A stretch of DNA of 41,731 nt from positions 1-41,731 of the forward strand of contig JBBKXO010000152.1 in the NCBI GenBank assembly GCA_037969525.1, written 5' to 3'. A program made the translations under genes and the position numbers. How positions within the stretch are numbered: the stretch's first letter is position 1; each line of letters opens with the position of its first letter. Source of the DNA: Burkholderiales bacterium. Lineage in GTDB: Bacteria; Pseudomonadota; Gammaproteobacteria; Burkholderiales; SG8-41. The notes beneath the pieces are model-generated. The model worked only from the letters and a program-made list of their open reading frames with translations, was not told where the DNA came from and did not search any database. Positions 10,089 through 19,771 of the stretch are shown here, piece by piece.

Positions 10089-11195
10089 TTACGCCGGTCC
10101 TTTGGCACGGGGAAGTCGCAGCTTGCGCAAGGCCTCCAGCGTTTCCGTCAGGTCCGGCACTTCGGTTTGAACTTGTGCCGACTGCAGTTTGCGTAGCGTT
10201 TCAGCAATCGCCGCTACCGCATTGTCACGCACGTCAAAATGTTGCTCCAGCGCAGCAAGCGCTGCCCGCAGGTCGCCCTGGTAACTCTTACCGTCCTTCG
10301 ACAGCAGCGCTATACGCGCCCCGAGCAGGCGCAACTTCAGATTTTCACGCAGGAAAAATACCTGCTCCGGCGCCAGCAATGCCGCATCCTGAACCCCGGA
10401 ACTCTGGACGCGCACCAGTTGCCGCAGTTCCCGCCACGCTTCTCGCAGCATGCGTTCCCATTGCGGCGCATCAACAACCACTGCCGGGGCAGCAACGTCA
10501 GGACGGGCGCGGGCATCCATCGCCAGGGGCAGTTTGTCGATTCCGGTAATCGCTTCGTCTATCCGCGCGCTGGTGCCGTATAAGTCGGCCATCGGCAATG
10601 CTTTCAGGCGTTCTATATCCCTCGACAGCGTCCGCCGCAAAGCGGCATATCGCGGCTGGTCGATGCGCTGCAGCCGGGCCTCGGCATTTTCCAACGCAAT
10701 CAGCGCGGCCCGCACGTTACCGGCGATCTGCAATTGCTGTCCGGCCATCAGCACGGACTGCTCAATATCGGCAACCGCCCACTCATCCCGGTTGCGCGAG
10801 AGATCCTGATGCAGCGCCTCCAGTGTCATTTGCTGGCTCTGCGATTCCGCAACCTTGGCCTCCAGCACCCCCAGCTTGACTTCGGCCTCGCGCAGTGCAA
10901 TGGCGGCCTGTGCCGCTCGTACGCCAGCATCTTTGTTCTGGGTTTCCATGTCGGCCAGTCGTTTAGCCAATTCATGGCGAAGCGCATCGTCCGCGCCACG
11001 GTCCTGATACCACTGGTAACCGACTCCCCCAGCGGCCCCCAGCGCCACAAGCAGCGCCAACACTGCCAATGCGGAACCACTGGACGAGGATCCAGTGGAT
11101 GCGGGGACGGTGGATGCAGGGGCGGCCGGCGCAGCGCCGATCGCTGCGCTCGACTGGGCCTCGGCCTTGCTGGTGGAATCCGCTTCTTCGCTCAT
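10089..11195 (-). CDS. hemX: HemX-like membrane protein (annotated in databases as uroporphyrin-III C-methyltransferase-like)
   Basis: 368 aa with a low-complexity Ala/Ser/Pro N-terminus, one TM segment and a coiled-coil-rich body. Sits between hemD and hemY. Confidence 0.65.
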   Translation of the reverse strand: MSEEADSTSKAEAQSSAAIGAAPAAPASTVPASTGSSSSGSALAVLALLVALGAAGGVGYQWYQDRGADDALRHELAKRLADMETQNKDAGVRAAQAAIALREAEVKLGVLEAKVAESQSQQMTLEALHQDLSRNRDEWAVADIEQSVLMAGQQLQIAGNVRAALIALENAEARLQRIDQPRYAALRRTLSRDIERLKALPMADLYGTSARIDEAITGIDKLPLAMDARARPDVAAPAVVVDAPQWERMLREAWRELRQLVRVQSSGVQDAALLAPEQVFFLRENLKLRLLGARIALLSKDGKSYQGDLRAALAALEQHFDVRDNAVAAIAETLRKLQSAQVQTEVPDLTETLEALRKLRLPRAKGPA

Positions 11196-11225
11196 GCTTT
11201 AGAGAATAACATGTGTGCGTTGCCG

Positions 11226-12026
11226 CTATGTTGGTTTGAACTGTTTTTCCAGGGCTGCGATCAGCCCGTCGTCGCCCGGCCCGGTTTCGATCACGTTGCT
11301 GCACCCGAGTTCCCGCGCAGCTTCGGCGATGCGCAAGTGCGGCACCAGCACTGGCGTACGCCGCAGCCAGGACTGGCCCAGCTTGCCCACCATCTCGAAC
11401 AGATTACGCAACCCCTCACTGCTGGTGACGGTTACGGCATGCACTTCATTGCGCGCCCATGCCTTTAAAAGCGGGGCCGCATCCGCCCGCGGCCGCGCGC
11501 GGCGGTAACATTCCACGTATTCCACCTGGGCGCCTCGAGCAGCCAGCGTGTCGCCCAGCAGTTCACGCCCACCGTCCCCCCTGAATATAATCACGCGCTG
11601 ACCGGCCACCGACTGCAAAGGCGGCAGATCCAGCAGCCGTTCACTGTCGAAACCGCGGGTAGGTGCGATCACATCGCTGATGCCAAAACGTTTGAGCTCC
11701 TTGGCGCCGCCTTTGCCGATGGTCGCCGCGCGCAGCCCGGCGGGCCAGGTGCGGCGCGCAACGATCTGACTCATTGCACGCGTTACCGCGTTGGGGCTGA
11801 TGAAAATGGCAAGACTATAGGTCTCGAGCCGGTCAATTACGGTGATCAGCGGCTGGATATCGGCGGTATCGAGTATCTCCAGCACCGGAAATATGATCGG
11901 CTTGCCACCTGCAGAACGTATCCGTTCAGCCAAATCCACCGCCTGATGCGCCGGCCGCGTGACGACTATGCCGCGACCGGCCAATTTACCAGTCTGGCCA
12001 TCGGCAGAATCTTTGATTTCGGTCAT
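11226..12026 (-). CDS. hemD: Uroporphyrinogen-III synthase
   Basis: 266 aa. A 4-nt overlap with the hemC stop places it in a hemC-hemD operon. HemD-like two-lobe sequence (GRGIVVTRP...). Confidence 0.8.
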   Translation of the reverse strand: MTEIKDSADGQTGKLAGRGIVVTRPAHQAVDLAERIRSAGGKPIIFPVLEILDTADIQPLITVIDRLETYSLAIFISPNAVTRAMSQIVARRTWPAGLRAATIGKGGAKELKRFGISDVIAPTRGFDSERLLDLPPLQSVAGQRVIIFRGDGGRELLGDTLAARGAQVEYVECYRRARPRADAAPLLKAWARNEVHAVTVTSSEGLRNLFEMVGKLGQSWLRRTPVLVPHLRIAEAARELGCSNVIETGPGDDGLIAALEKQFKPT

Positions 12027-12976
12027 GGCTCTGGTGTAAGCGCCGCAAGTATGTCGGCGGCGCCGCGTGCCTTGAGGTCGGCCGCCAGCGCATTTCCCAG
12101 CGCTTCGGCATCCGTCGCGGCGCCGGCGGTTTCGCCGCGCACCACCCGCGTTCCATCAGGCGCTCCAACCAGGCCGCGCAGCCGCATATTTCCGCCGCTG
12201 ATCTCTGCAAAACCGGCTAGCGGCACGTTACAACTTCCTGAAAGTGCCCGCGAAAACGCGCGTTCTGCAAGCGCACATAGCCGAGTCGGCTGATGCACCA
12301 GCGGTGCAAGCAGTTCGAGAAGGTCGCCCCGCTCTTCCCGGCATTCGATGCCCAGGGCCCCCTGACCCACCGCAGGCAGACTCTGCTCGGGAGTCAGCAG
12401 CGCCGTAATGCGATCCGTCAGGCCCAGCCGTTTCAGCCCTGCTGCCGCCAGTATGATCGCGCTGTACTCGCCGCCATCAAGCTTGCGCAATCGCGTCTGC
12501 ACGTTGCCACGCAATGGTTCGATCTCCAGCAGCGGAAAACCCGCGCGCAACTGACACTCGCGGCGCAGGCTGGACGTACCCACGCGGGCGCCGGGCGGAA
12601 GTTCGGCTAATCCTGCGTACGAGTTGGCGACAAACGCATCGCGCGGATCCGCGCGCTCCAGTATTGCCGCGAGTGCGTATCCGTCCGGCAGGTGCATCGG
12701 CACATCTTTCATCGAATGCACAGCGATGTCAGCACGGCCGTCGGCCAGCGCGTCTTCCAGTTCCTTGATGAACAGACCCTTGCCGCCGATTTTGGCCAGC
12801 GAACTGGCGAGGTTGCGATCACCTGCTGTCGTCATGCCGAGTATTGACACCTCCAGCCCCGGATATAATCGTTGCAGTTCGGCCTGCACATGTCGCGCCT
12901 GCCACAGCGCCAGTGCAGACTCCCGCGTGGCAATCACCACCGAGTCAGGACGCGCCCCGATTACTTTATCTATCAT
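12023..12976 (-). CDS. hemC: Hydroxymethylbilane synthase (porphobilinogen deaminase)
   Basis: 317 aa with [13 protein letters not shown] and downstream HemC motifs ([18 protein letters not shown]). An alternative in-frame GTG start lies at 12938-12940. Confidence 0.93.
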   Translation of the reverse strand: MIDKVIGARPDSVVIATRESALALWQARHVQAELQRLYPGLEVSILGMTTAGDRNLASSLAKIGGKGLFIKELEDALADGRADIAVHSMKDVPMHLPDGYALAAILERADPRDAFVANSYAGLAELPPGARVGTSSLRRECQLRAGFPLLEIEPLRGNVQTRLRKLDGGEYSAIILAAAGLKRLGLTDRITALLTPEQSLPAVGQGALGIECREERGDLLELLAPLVHQPTRLCALAERAFSRALSGSCNVPLAGFAEISGGNMRLRGLVGAPDGTRVVRGETAGAATDAEALGNALAADLKARGAADILAALTPEP

Positions 12977-13469
12977 GTTGATTTTATTGAATATTTATAG
13001 AATATTTGGTTGCCTGATTCTAGCATGGGCGCTGTTGCTCTCTGCGCCAGTCGCGGCACAATTGTTGGCTGTAGACGACCTGGCGCGACTCGCCGCCACT
13101 GCCCGGGCACAGCGCGCACCGATACTGATCCATTTCATGCAGCATGCCTGTCCTTACTGTGCAATCGCGCGCCGTGACTATCTGATTCCGCTGCAAACCA
13201 GTCCACGCTGGAAGGGCCACGTCCTGATCCGCGAAATTGACGTCGATCTTAGTACCGCAATGCATGATTTCAGTGGTAAAGCTACGACATATCGCGCCTT
13301 TGCGCGTAGTCATGGCGTGCGCAGCGTGCCGACACTGATCGCTTTCGATGCCGAAGGGAAACGGGTGGCGCCACCCATCGTCGGCCTGCTGGCAGACGAC
13401 TTCTACCAGCTGTATATCGAACAGGCGGTGGAAGCGGGCCTGGCAAAAATGCGGGTGCGCAAGCGCTGA
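12975..13469 (+). CDS. Secreted thioredoxin-fold protein with a CPYC active site
   Basis: ORF-track entry 12624..13469 trimmed. The upstream part is antisense to hemC. The first in-frame ATG at 12975 gives a signal-peptide-like N-terminus (..[21 protein letters not shown]), then [16 protein letters not shown] alternatives exist at 12978 and 12987. Confidence 0.6.
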   Translation: MLILLNIYRIFGCLILAWALLLSAPVAAQLLAVDDLARLAATARAQRAPILIHFMQHACPYCAIARRDYLIPLQTSPRWKGHVLIREIDVDLSTAMHDFSGKATTYRAFARSHGVRSVPTLIAFDAEGKRVAPPIVGLLADDFYQLYIEQAVEAGLAKMRVRKR

Positions 13470-13478
13470 CAGCCGGCG

Positions 13479-14231
13479 CTACCTTGCCAGCTCGCGCACC
13501 ACATGCTGCTGGCGCCGGCTTACCGGTATGCGCTCCTCCAGCCCGGCCAGCACGATCTGCCACGGCCCTTCCCCCGATTCGGCGCCTGCCCGCTCGAAGC
13601 CGCGAATCGCGGCGCGGGCAACCAGGCAATTGCGATGCGCACGCACGAAACGCTCCTGAAACTCCTCCTCCAGCCGCGTCAATGACTCTTCGATCAGGTA
13701 TTCACGGGCGGCGGTGCGCACCGTGACGTATTTAAGTTCTGCACGAAGAAATAACACGTCCTCGATCGGGATCAGGTGTACTTTTCCACGCTCCGCGGCA
13801 CTCAGACAGACGCGGGGCGCCTGCTGCAGTTCGCCCAGAAACTCCATCGGCGCAACGCTTTGCGCGGCCCGTGCCAGGGCCTCCTCCAGGCGCGCCGCAC
13901 GGATCGGCTTGAGCAGGTAATCGACCGCGTGCAGCTCGAACGCGCGGATGGCATAGTCATCGTAGGCCGTCGCAAAAATCACCGCCGGTGGCCGCTCCAG
14001 CTTCTGCAGGTGCTGGGCAAGTTCGATGCCGTCCATGCCGGGCATGCGCACATCCAGCAACACGACATCGACTACCCCGGTCTCCGCCACGCGCAGTGCT
14101 TCGCGACCGTTGGCGGCTTCGCCGGCAATCGTGACCGGCAGCTTGACCCCGACGTCCGCCAACAAATCGCGCATGCGGCTGCGCGCCGGCGCCTCGTCAT
14201 CAACGATCAGCACGCGCAATGCCGCGCTCAT
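13479..14231 (-). CDS. LytTR-family response regulator (AlgR-like)
   Basis: 250 aa with a receiver domain (LIVDDE...D) and a C-terminal LytTR DNA-binding domain. Synteny with the sensor, argH and hemCDXY mirrors Pseudomonas algZ-algR. Confidence 0.85.
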   Translation of the reverse strand: MSAALRVLIVDDEAPARSRMRDLLADVGVKLPVTIAGEAANGREALRVAETGVVDVVLLDVRMPGMDGIELAQHLQKLERPPAVIFATAYDDYAIRAFELHAVDYLLKPIRAARLEEALARAAQSVAPMEFLGELQQAPRVCLSAAERGKVHLIPIEDVLFLRAELKYVTVRTAAREYLIEESLTRLEEEFQERFVRAHRNCLVARAAIRGFERAGAESGEGPWQIVLAGLEERIPVSRRQQHVVRELAR

Positions 14232-15247
14232 GACCCCTGATCCTTCACATAGGGCATGGCTATGCGCACTTCATATAAATCCCCGCTCACCTTGGCGGTC
14301 AGCTCCGCCGCCACATCAAAATGCAGCTGCAGACGTTCGCGAATGTTGGCCAGCGCCATCTTATTGCCGGCATGACGATCACCTGACGCGTGATATGGAT
14401 TCTGCAGCACGGCATACAGGCGGTCGCGCACCGCATAGATGTTGATGCTGACCATGCCGGGCTTCTCGCTCGGCTCGACACCGTGATACACGGCATTTTC
14501 CAGCAAGGGCTGCAGCGACAGCGCCGGCACCAGCGCATCCGTTGGCATGTTTTCGGTATTCCATTCCACCCGCAGCCGACTGCCCAGCCGTAATTGTTCC
14601 AGGTCCAGGTACTGGCGACAAAGCTCAATCTCGCGCGTGATCGGCGTCAGCTCCCTGTTGTCGGCCATCAGTGCGCGAAAAAGTCCCGCCAAGTCCTCGA
14701 GCGCCGCCTCGGCGCGCCGTGGCTCCTGACGCACCAGTGACAACACGGCATTGATGCTGTTGAACAGAAAATGCGGCCGGATGCGCGCCTGCAGCGCCTG
14801 CAGCCGCGCCTCGGCCAGTGCCGGCGACAGCGCACGCCCGCGCAGATCAAAATACACCAGCAGCATGGCCGTGGTCAGCGCCACCACCAACAACCAACGT
14901 GGCAAGGACTGCGCGCTGACAGAAAGCGCTTCCCGGCCGATGTAATACAGCGCGGCGGTCAGCGCCAGCTCTATAGCCAGAATGGCGAGAATTGCCGCCA
15001 GATGAGGTAGGCGGCGCAGCACGTTGCCCGTCGCCATGAGTACCAGCAGGCTCAATACCAGCAGCGGCTCGACAGCCGCGGCATTCTCGGTAAACTTCGC
15101 CGGCCAGTCGTGGATGGAAGTTGACTGCAGCAATGCTGCCAGCAGCGCAATGCTGTTCACGATCAACAGTATCCGCAGCAGAATTCCGAAATTGCGGAAG
15201 TCCGGCAGGGCACCGGTGTTGGCATTATGATTTATACTTCGCGCCAT
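14228..15247 (-). CDS. LytS-type sensor histidine kinase (AlgZ/FimS-like)
   Basis: 339 aa with N-terminal TM helices and a His_kinase (LytS-type) box RIRPHFLFNSINAV. A 4-nt overlap with the regulator gene. Confidence 0.85.
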   Translation of the reverse strand: MARSINHNANTGALPDFRNFGILLRILLIVNSIALLAALLQSTSIHDWPAKFTENAAAVEPLLVLSLLVLMATGNVLRRLPHLAAILAILAIELALTAALYYIGREALSVSAQSLPRWLLVVALTTAMLLVYFDLRGRALSPALAEARLQALQARIRPHFLFNSINAVLSLVRQEPRRAEAALEDLAGLFRALMADNRELTPITREIELCRQYLDLEQLRLGSRLRVEWNTENMPTDALVPALSLQPLLENAVYHGVEPSEKPGMVSINIYAVRDRLYAVLQNPYHASGDRHAGNKMALANIRERLQLHFDVAAELTAKVSGDLYEVRIAMPYVKDQGS

Positions 15248-15281
15248 GGCAGTTTTATTCTAGCAGGCCCCACGCAAGTCC

Positions 15282-16697
15282 ATGTCGACAAAAGACAAAA
15301 CAAGAAGCGGCGCAAAACAGGGCACCACGAAACCATGGTCGGGGCGATTCAGCGAGCCGGTTGATGATCTGGTCAAGCGCTTTACTGCGTCGGTTACCTT
15401 TGATCAGCGGCTTGCGGAATTCGACATTCAGGGCTCGGTCGCCCATGCGCACATGCTGCACGCGGTCGGCATATTGTCTGCGGCCGATCTCAATGCCATC
15501 AAGAAGGGGCTGGCCGACATCGGCGAGGAAATCAGCAACGGCACTTTCCCCTGGTCGATCGATCTGGAAGATGTACACCTCAACATCGAGCGGCGCCTCA
15601 CCGACATGGTCGGTGACGCCGGCAAACGTCTGCACACCGGGCGTTCGCGCAACGACCAGGTGGCGACCGACATCCGGCTGTACCTGCGCGCGGCCATTGA
15701 TCATGTGCAGACACTGATCAAGGGGTTGCAGCGCGCGCTGCTAGGCCTCGCTGAAAAACATACCGATACGGTAATGCCCGGCTTCACCCACCTACAGGTG
15801 GCGCAGCCAGTATCGTTTGCCCACCACCTGCTCGCCTATGTCGAAATGCTGACCCGCGACGCACAGCGCTTCGCCGACTGCCGCAAACGCGTCAACCGGC
15901 TGCCGCTGGGTGCGGCGGCGCTGGCGGGCACATCCTTCCCGATCGACCGGCAGATGGTTGCCAAAGAACTGGGTTTTGACGGTGTTTGCGAGAATTCCCT
16001 GGATGCGGTTTCTGATCGCGATTTTGCCATCGAGTTCGTCGCCGCCGGGGCGCTGACAATGACCCACCTCTCCCGTTTCAGCGAGGAACTGATCCTGTGG
16101 ATGAATCCGCGGTTCGGCTTTATCGACATCGCCGACCGCTACTGCACCGGATCGTCGATCATGCCGCAGAAGAAAAATCCCGATGTGGCGGAATTGGTGC
16201 GCGGCAAGACCGGCCGGGTCAATGGTCACCTGGTCGCGCTGCTGACCTTGATGAAAGGACAGCCGCTCGCCTATAACAAGGACAATCAGGAAGACAAGGA
16301 GCCGCTGCTCGACACTGTCGACACGCTGCTGATGAGTCTGGCTGTGTTTACCGGCATGGTCGGCGGCATTACGGTCAACGTCGATGCCATGCGCGCCGCC
16401 GCGCGCGAAGGTTATGCCACCGCAACGGATCTTGCGGATTACCTCGTAAAAAAAGGCCTGCCCTTCCGCGAAGCCCATGAAATCGTGGCCCTGGCCGTGC
16501 GTTTCGCAGAGGCGCGTGATTGCGATCTGTCCGATCTTGCATTGGACGACCTGCAGAAATTCTCGCCTCTGATCGCCAAAGATGTCTACGATGCGCTGAC
16601 CCTTGAAGGCTCGATGAACAGCCGCAGCCATATCGGCGGCACCGCGCCCGCCCGGGTCAAGGCGGCCATCGCCAAGATACGCAAGGCGCTGGCCTGA
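15282..16697 (+). CDS. argH: Argininosuccinate lyase
   Basis: 471 aa with WSGRFSEP N-terminal region and the fumarate-lyase signature [12 protein letters not shown]. Confidence 0.95.
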   Translation: MSTKDKTRSGAKQGTTKPWSGRFSEPVDDLVKRFTASVTFDQRLAEFDIQGSVAHAHMLHAVGILSAADLNAIKKGLADIGEEISNGTFPWSIDLEDVHLNIERRLTDMVGDAGKRLHTGRSRNDQVATDIRLYLRAAIDHVQTLIKGLQRALLGLAEKHTDTVMPGFTHLQVAQPVSFAHHLLAYVEMLTRDAQRFADCRKRVNRLPLGAAALAGTSFPIDRQMVAKELGFDGVCENSLDAVSDRDFAIEFVAAGALTMTHLSRFSEELILWMNPRFGFIDIADRYCTGSSIMPQKKNPDVAELVRGKTGRVNGHLVALLTLMKGQPLAYNKDNQEDKEPLLDTVDTLLMSLAVFTGMVGGITVNVDAMRAAAREGYATATDLADYLVKKGLPFREAHEIVALAVRFAEARDCDLSDLALDDLQKFSPLIAKDVYDALTLEGSMNSRSHIGGTAPARVKAAIAKIRKALA

Positions 16698-16717
16698 CCG
16701 GCCACGCTGATTCGCCG

Positions 16718-17749
16718 CTAGACAGCAGTTCGCGGCGCGGCGGCGCTCTCGCGTACCACGAGTTCGGTCGGCAGCTTGCAGCGCAGATCGACTGACTTGC
16801 CTGCCAGCCGCAGCAACAGGTGATTGGCGGCATAAACACCAAGATCGGTCGTGGGAAAACGCACCGTGGTCAGTGCCGGGGTCATTACTGCGGCAATCTC
16901 CATGTCGTCAAAACCGGTAATCGACACGTCACCCGGCACCGAGAGTCCCCGCACATGGCATTCCGCGATCGCGCCGATGGCCAGCACATCATTGCCGCAG
17001 ATCACCGCCGTTGGCGGTTCCCGGCCAGCCATGACTTCGCGCAGGCCTTCGCGGCCCCCGGTATGCGTATAGGATTTCTCCACCATGCGTTCGGGCGCCA
17101 ATGTCACGCCGCGCGCCACAAGGGCCGCGCGTACGCCGGCAAGACGTTCCTGGGCCCGCTCGTTGTGGGTGGTGATGCCGGAAATCATGGCGAACCGGCG
17201 ATGCCCCAGATCAAGCAGATAATTGGTGACGCGGATCGCAGCGGCACGGTTGTCGAAGCCAACACAAGGGTGATTGCCGCTCTCGTCGAACGCCCAGGTC
17301 AACACATACGGCAGGGCATGGGCTTCGATCATCCGGTAAATATCCGGATGGTGCGTGGTACCCAGCAGTACCAGCCCGTCGACGCCGCGCTCGATCAACG
17401 CACGCGTCACACGCGCCTCGATGTCCGCATCAAATTCGTGACTGGCGAGCAGCAATACATAACCGGCGGCGTCCAGCGTGCGCTGCAGCGCGTGTATGGT
17501 GTTGGCGAAAATTGCGTTGTCGAGTGTTGGCACCACTGCGGCTATGGTGTGCGTGCGCCGGGAAGCCAGTGCGCGTGCCGCACCATGCGCAACGTAACCC
17601 AGTGTGCGGGCAGCCTGCTGCACACGCTCCAGCGTCCGCGCCTTGACCTTGTGCGGCAGGGTCAGGGCGCGCGACACCGTCGCCGTCGACACTTTGGCGA
17701 GTCGCGCGACATCGGCAAGCCGCGCCGCCTTGTTGGAACTGGCTCTCAT
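16718..17749 (-). CDS. LacI-family transcriptional regulator
   Basis: 343 aa with an N-terminal HTH ARLADVARLAKVSTATVSRAL and a periplasmic-binding-protein-like effector domain. Confidence 0.85.
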   Translation of the reverse strand: MRASSNKAARLADVARLAKVSTATVSRALTLPHKVKARTLERVQQAARTLGYVAHGAARALASRRTHTIAAVVPTLDNAIFANTIHALQRTLDAAGYVLLLASHEFDADIEARVTRALIERGVDGLVLLGTTHHPDIYRMIEAHALPYVLTWAFDESGNHPCVGFDNRAAAIRVTNYLLDLGHRRFAMISGITTHNERAQERLAGVRAALVARGVTLAPERMVEKSYTHTGGREGLREVMAGREPPTAVICGNDVLAIGAIAECHVRGLSVPGDVSITGFDDMEIAAVMTPALTTVRFPTTDLGVYAANHLLLRLAGKSVDLRCKLPTELVVRESAAAPRTAV

Positions 17750-17754
17750 CGGAG

Positions 17755-17781
17755 AAAAAAGCCGGCAACCGCCGGCTTTTT
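17755..17781 (-). terminator. Rho-independent terminator downstream of xsc, abutting the lacI-family start codon
   Basis: GCCGGC (17761-17766), loop AACC, GCCGGC (17771-17776). On the plus strand it is flanked by A6 (17755-17760) and T5 (17777-17781). On the minus-strand transcript the stem is followed by U6. A second hairpin TGATCCG/CGGATCA (17784-17803) includes the xsc stop codon. Confidence 0.75.
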
Positions 17782-17800
17782 CATGATCCGTTTTCCCGGA

Positions 17801-19573
17801 TCAGCGGTATTGCTTCGCGCTGTGCTTGCGGTACTTGGCCAACAGGCGCTGCGGCTGACGGAACGCATCGCGCCGGAACGGATCACCCAGTTCCTGCGTC
17901 AGCATCATGTTGATTACCGTCGGCTTGTTGGACCGAACTGCCCCGCGCAAAGCGTCGCCCACTTCATCCACATGATCTACCGTCAACCCCTGTGCACCCA
18001 TGGCCTCGGCAACGTCCGCAAAGTTCGGATTCTGCAAATTGGTGCCGAGGAAACGGTTCTCAAAATAATCAACCTGGTTCTTTTTCTCGGCTCCCCACTG
18101 CCCGTTGTTGAACACCACGGCGATTGCCGGAATTTTTTCGCGCACACAGGTCATCACCTCGTTAAGGCTCATGCCCCAAGCGCCGTCACCAACATATGCA
18201 ATCGCCGGGCGGTCCGGCCGACCGACCTTGGCACCCATCGCCGCCGGAAAGGCGTAACCGCAGTTGCCAAAGCTCATCGCGGCCAGGAAAGACGGTGCCT
18301 GCTCGAAATGCAGATAGCTGTTTGACACCGAACAGACGTTGCCAATGTCGGTCGACACCATCGCATTCTTCGGCATCGCACGCGCCAGCGCAGCCAGCGC
18401 CTGCCGCGGACCGATCCGGGTTTTGGTATTGGGAGAAACCCATTTATCGAGTTCTTCGGCCCAGGCCTTCTTCGCCTTCTGCACTTCGACCAGTCGCGAC
18501 TTGTTGGGTGCAAGTTTGGTGATGCTCTTGACGCGTTCCAGCAGGGCAACGGCCGCCAGCCGCGCGTCACCGCAAATGCCCACCGTGGTTTTTTTGACCA
18601 GCCCAAGCATGCGCGAATCGGCGTCGACCTGGATAATCTTGGCGTTTTTCGGCCAGTAATCCAGGCCGTGCTGCGGCAGCGTGCCGAAGGGTCCCAGCCG
18701 CGAGCCCAGCGCCAGCACTACGTCGGCCTTGGCGATGAGGTTCATCGCCGCCTTCGAGCCCTGGTAGCCCAGAGGGCCGCAGGACAGCGGATGACTCGCC
18801 GGGAAAGAGTCGTTGTGCAAATAGGAGTTAACCACCGGTGCGGTCAGATACTCGGCCAGCGCGGCGCATTCCTTGATGCCGTTGGACATGATCACGCCGC
18901 CGCCCGAAAGTATCACCGGGAATTTGGCCTTGGCCAGCATGCGTGCCGCGGCTTCCAGTGACTCCGGACCACCCGCGGAACGTTCGAGCTTGTGCGGTTG
19001 CGGAATTTCGTAGTCGCCCTCGCCGTAAAAGTAATCGCGCGGGATGTTGACCTGCACCGGCCCGCGTTCAGCCATCGCGATATCAAACGCACGGCCGGTC
19101 AGCTCGGCGATGCGCAGCGGCGAATTGACGTGCACTTGCCACTTGGTGATTTTCGAGAATATCGGCATCTGCTCGGTTTCCTGGAAACCGCCCAGCCCCA
19201 TGGACAGGCTGCCCGACTCGGGGGTGATGCAAACCACCGGCGAATGCGCCCAGTAAGCGGCAGCGATACCGGTGACGAAATTGGTGATCCCGGGGCCGTT
19301 CTGCGCAATGCACACGCCGTGTTTGCCGGTCACCCGTGAATAACCATCGGCCATGTGCGCCGCATTCTGCTCGTGCGCCACTGACAGGAAGCGGATGCCG
19401 GCCAGCGGAAACAGATCATGGGCATCCATGTAGGCCGAGCCTACGATGCCGAAAGTATCCTTGACACCCTGCGCGACCAGCGTTTCGACGAAGGCTTCGG
19501 ACGGCGTCATGCGCACCTTGCCGCTGACCGCCGCCGCTTTGGCAATGCTTTTGGTATCTGCCATGGTATTCAT
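17801..19573 (-). CDS. xsc: Sulfoacetaldehyde acetyltransferase (Xsc)-family thiamine-diphosphate enzyme
   Basis: 590 aa. N-terminus ...MTPSEAFVETLVAQGVKD, ThDP motif GDGAWGMS...NN and the C-terminal ELGDPFRRDA tail that I associate with Xsc rather than acetolactate synthase. GGAGG lies 10 nt upstream of the ATG. Confidence 0.75.
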   Translation of the reverse strand: MNTMADTKSIAKAAAVSGKVRMTPSEAFVETLVAQGVKDTFGIVGSAYMDAHDLFPLAGIRFLSVAHEQNAAHMADGYSRVTGKHGVCIAQNGPGITNFVTGIAAAYWAHSPVVCITPESGSLSMGLGGFQETEQMPIFSKITKWQVHVNSPLRIAELTGRAFDIAMAERGPVQVNIPRDYFYGEGDYEIPQPHKLERSAGGPESLEAAARMLAKAKFPVILSGGGVIMSNGIKECAALAEYLTAPVVNSYLHNDSFPASHPLSCGPLGYQGSKAAMNLIAKADVVLALGSRLGPFGTLPQHGLDYWPKNAKIIQVDADSRMLGLVKKTTVGICGDARLAAVALLERVKSITKLAPNKSRLVEVQKAKKAWAEELDKWVSPNTKTRIGPRQALAALARAMPKNAMVSTDIGNVCSVSNSYLHFEQAPSFLAAMSFGNCGYAFPAAMGAKVGRPDRPAIAYVGDGAWGMSLNEVMTCVREKIPAIAVVFNNGQWGAEKKNQVDYFENRFLGTNLQNPNFADVAEAMGAQGLTVDHVDEVGDALRGAVRSNKPTVINMMLTQELGDPFRRDAFRQPQRLLAKYRKHSAKQYR

Positions 19574-19681
19574 GGAAAAGTTTCCTCCGGAGTAAGGCGT
19601 GCCGCGCAGTGACAGCGTGCACTACCGCAATGACATGGAAAATGCAGCCCCGCCGGCGGACAGTGCTGCCAGCGGCCTTGC

Positions 19682-19710
19682 ATGATACCCCCCCCGATGA
19701 TTACCTGCAA
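19682..19710 (-). promoter_or_regulatory. Candidate sigma70 promoter of xsc (-35 TTGCAG, 17-bp spacer, -10 TATCAT)
   Basis: By-eye match on the minus strand: -35 at 19705-19710 and -10 at 19682-19687. The spacer contains the G8/C8 run. Not experimentally or computationally scored. Confidence 0.3.
19688..19695. repeat. Homopolymeric C8 (G8 on the xsc strand) tract
   Basis: Counted directly and cross-checked against the frame of ORF 19609..19905 (ACC CCC CCC). Confidence 0.9.
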
Positions 19711-19719
19711 ACGCTTGCA
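19706..19719. promoter_or_regulatory. LacI/GalR-type operator TGCAAACGCTTGCA
   Basis: Matches the family consensus TGnAAnCGnTTnCA at every specified position. Located in the xsc / FAD-FeS dehydrogenase divergent region and overlapping the putative xsc -35. Confidence 0.5.
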
Positions 19720-19771
19720 CGAAGTTGTGTAACGCATTGTTTTTATTATGTTTTTTACTTATTTTTTATGA

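Noticed and set aside
12624-12974. Upstream 117 codons of ORF 12624..13469
   Set aside because: This part is antisense to hemC. The signal peptide and thioredoxin domain begin only at the ATG at 12975, so the long form is an artefact of longest-ORF calling.
16820-18325. 501-aa ORF on the plus strand
   Set aside because: Antisense shadow of the LacI-family gene and xsc. It spans a terminator and two genes with strong motifs on the other strand.
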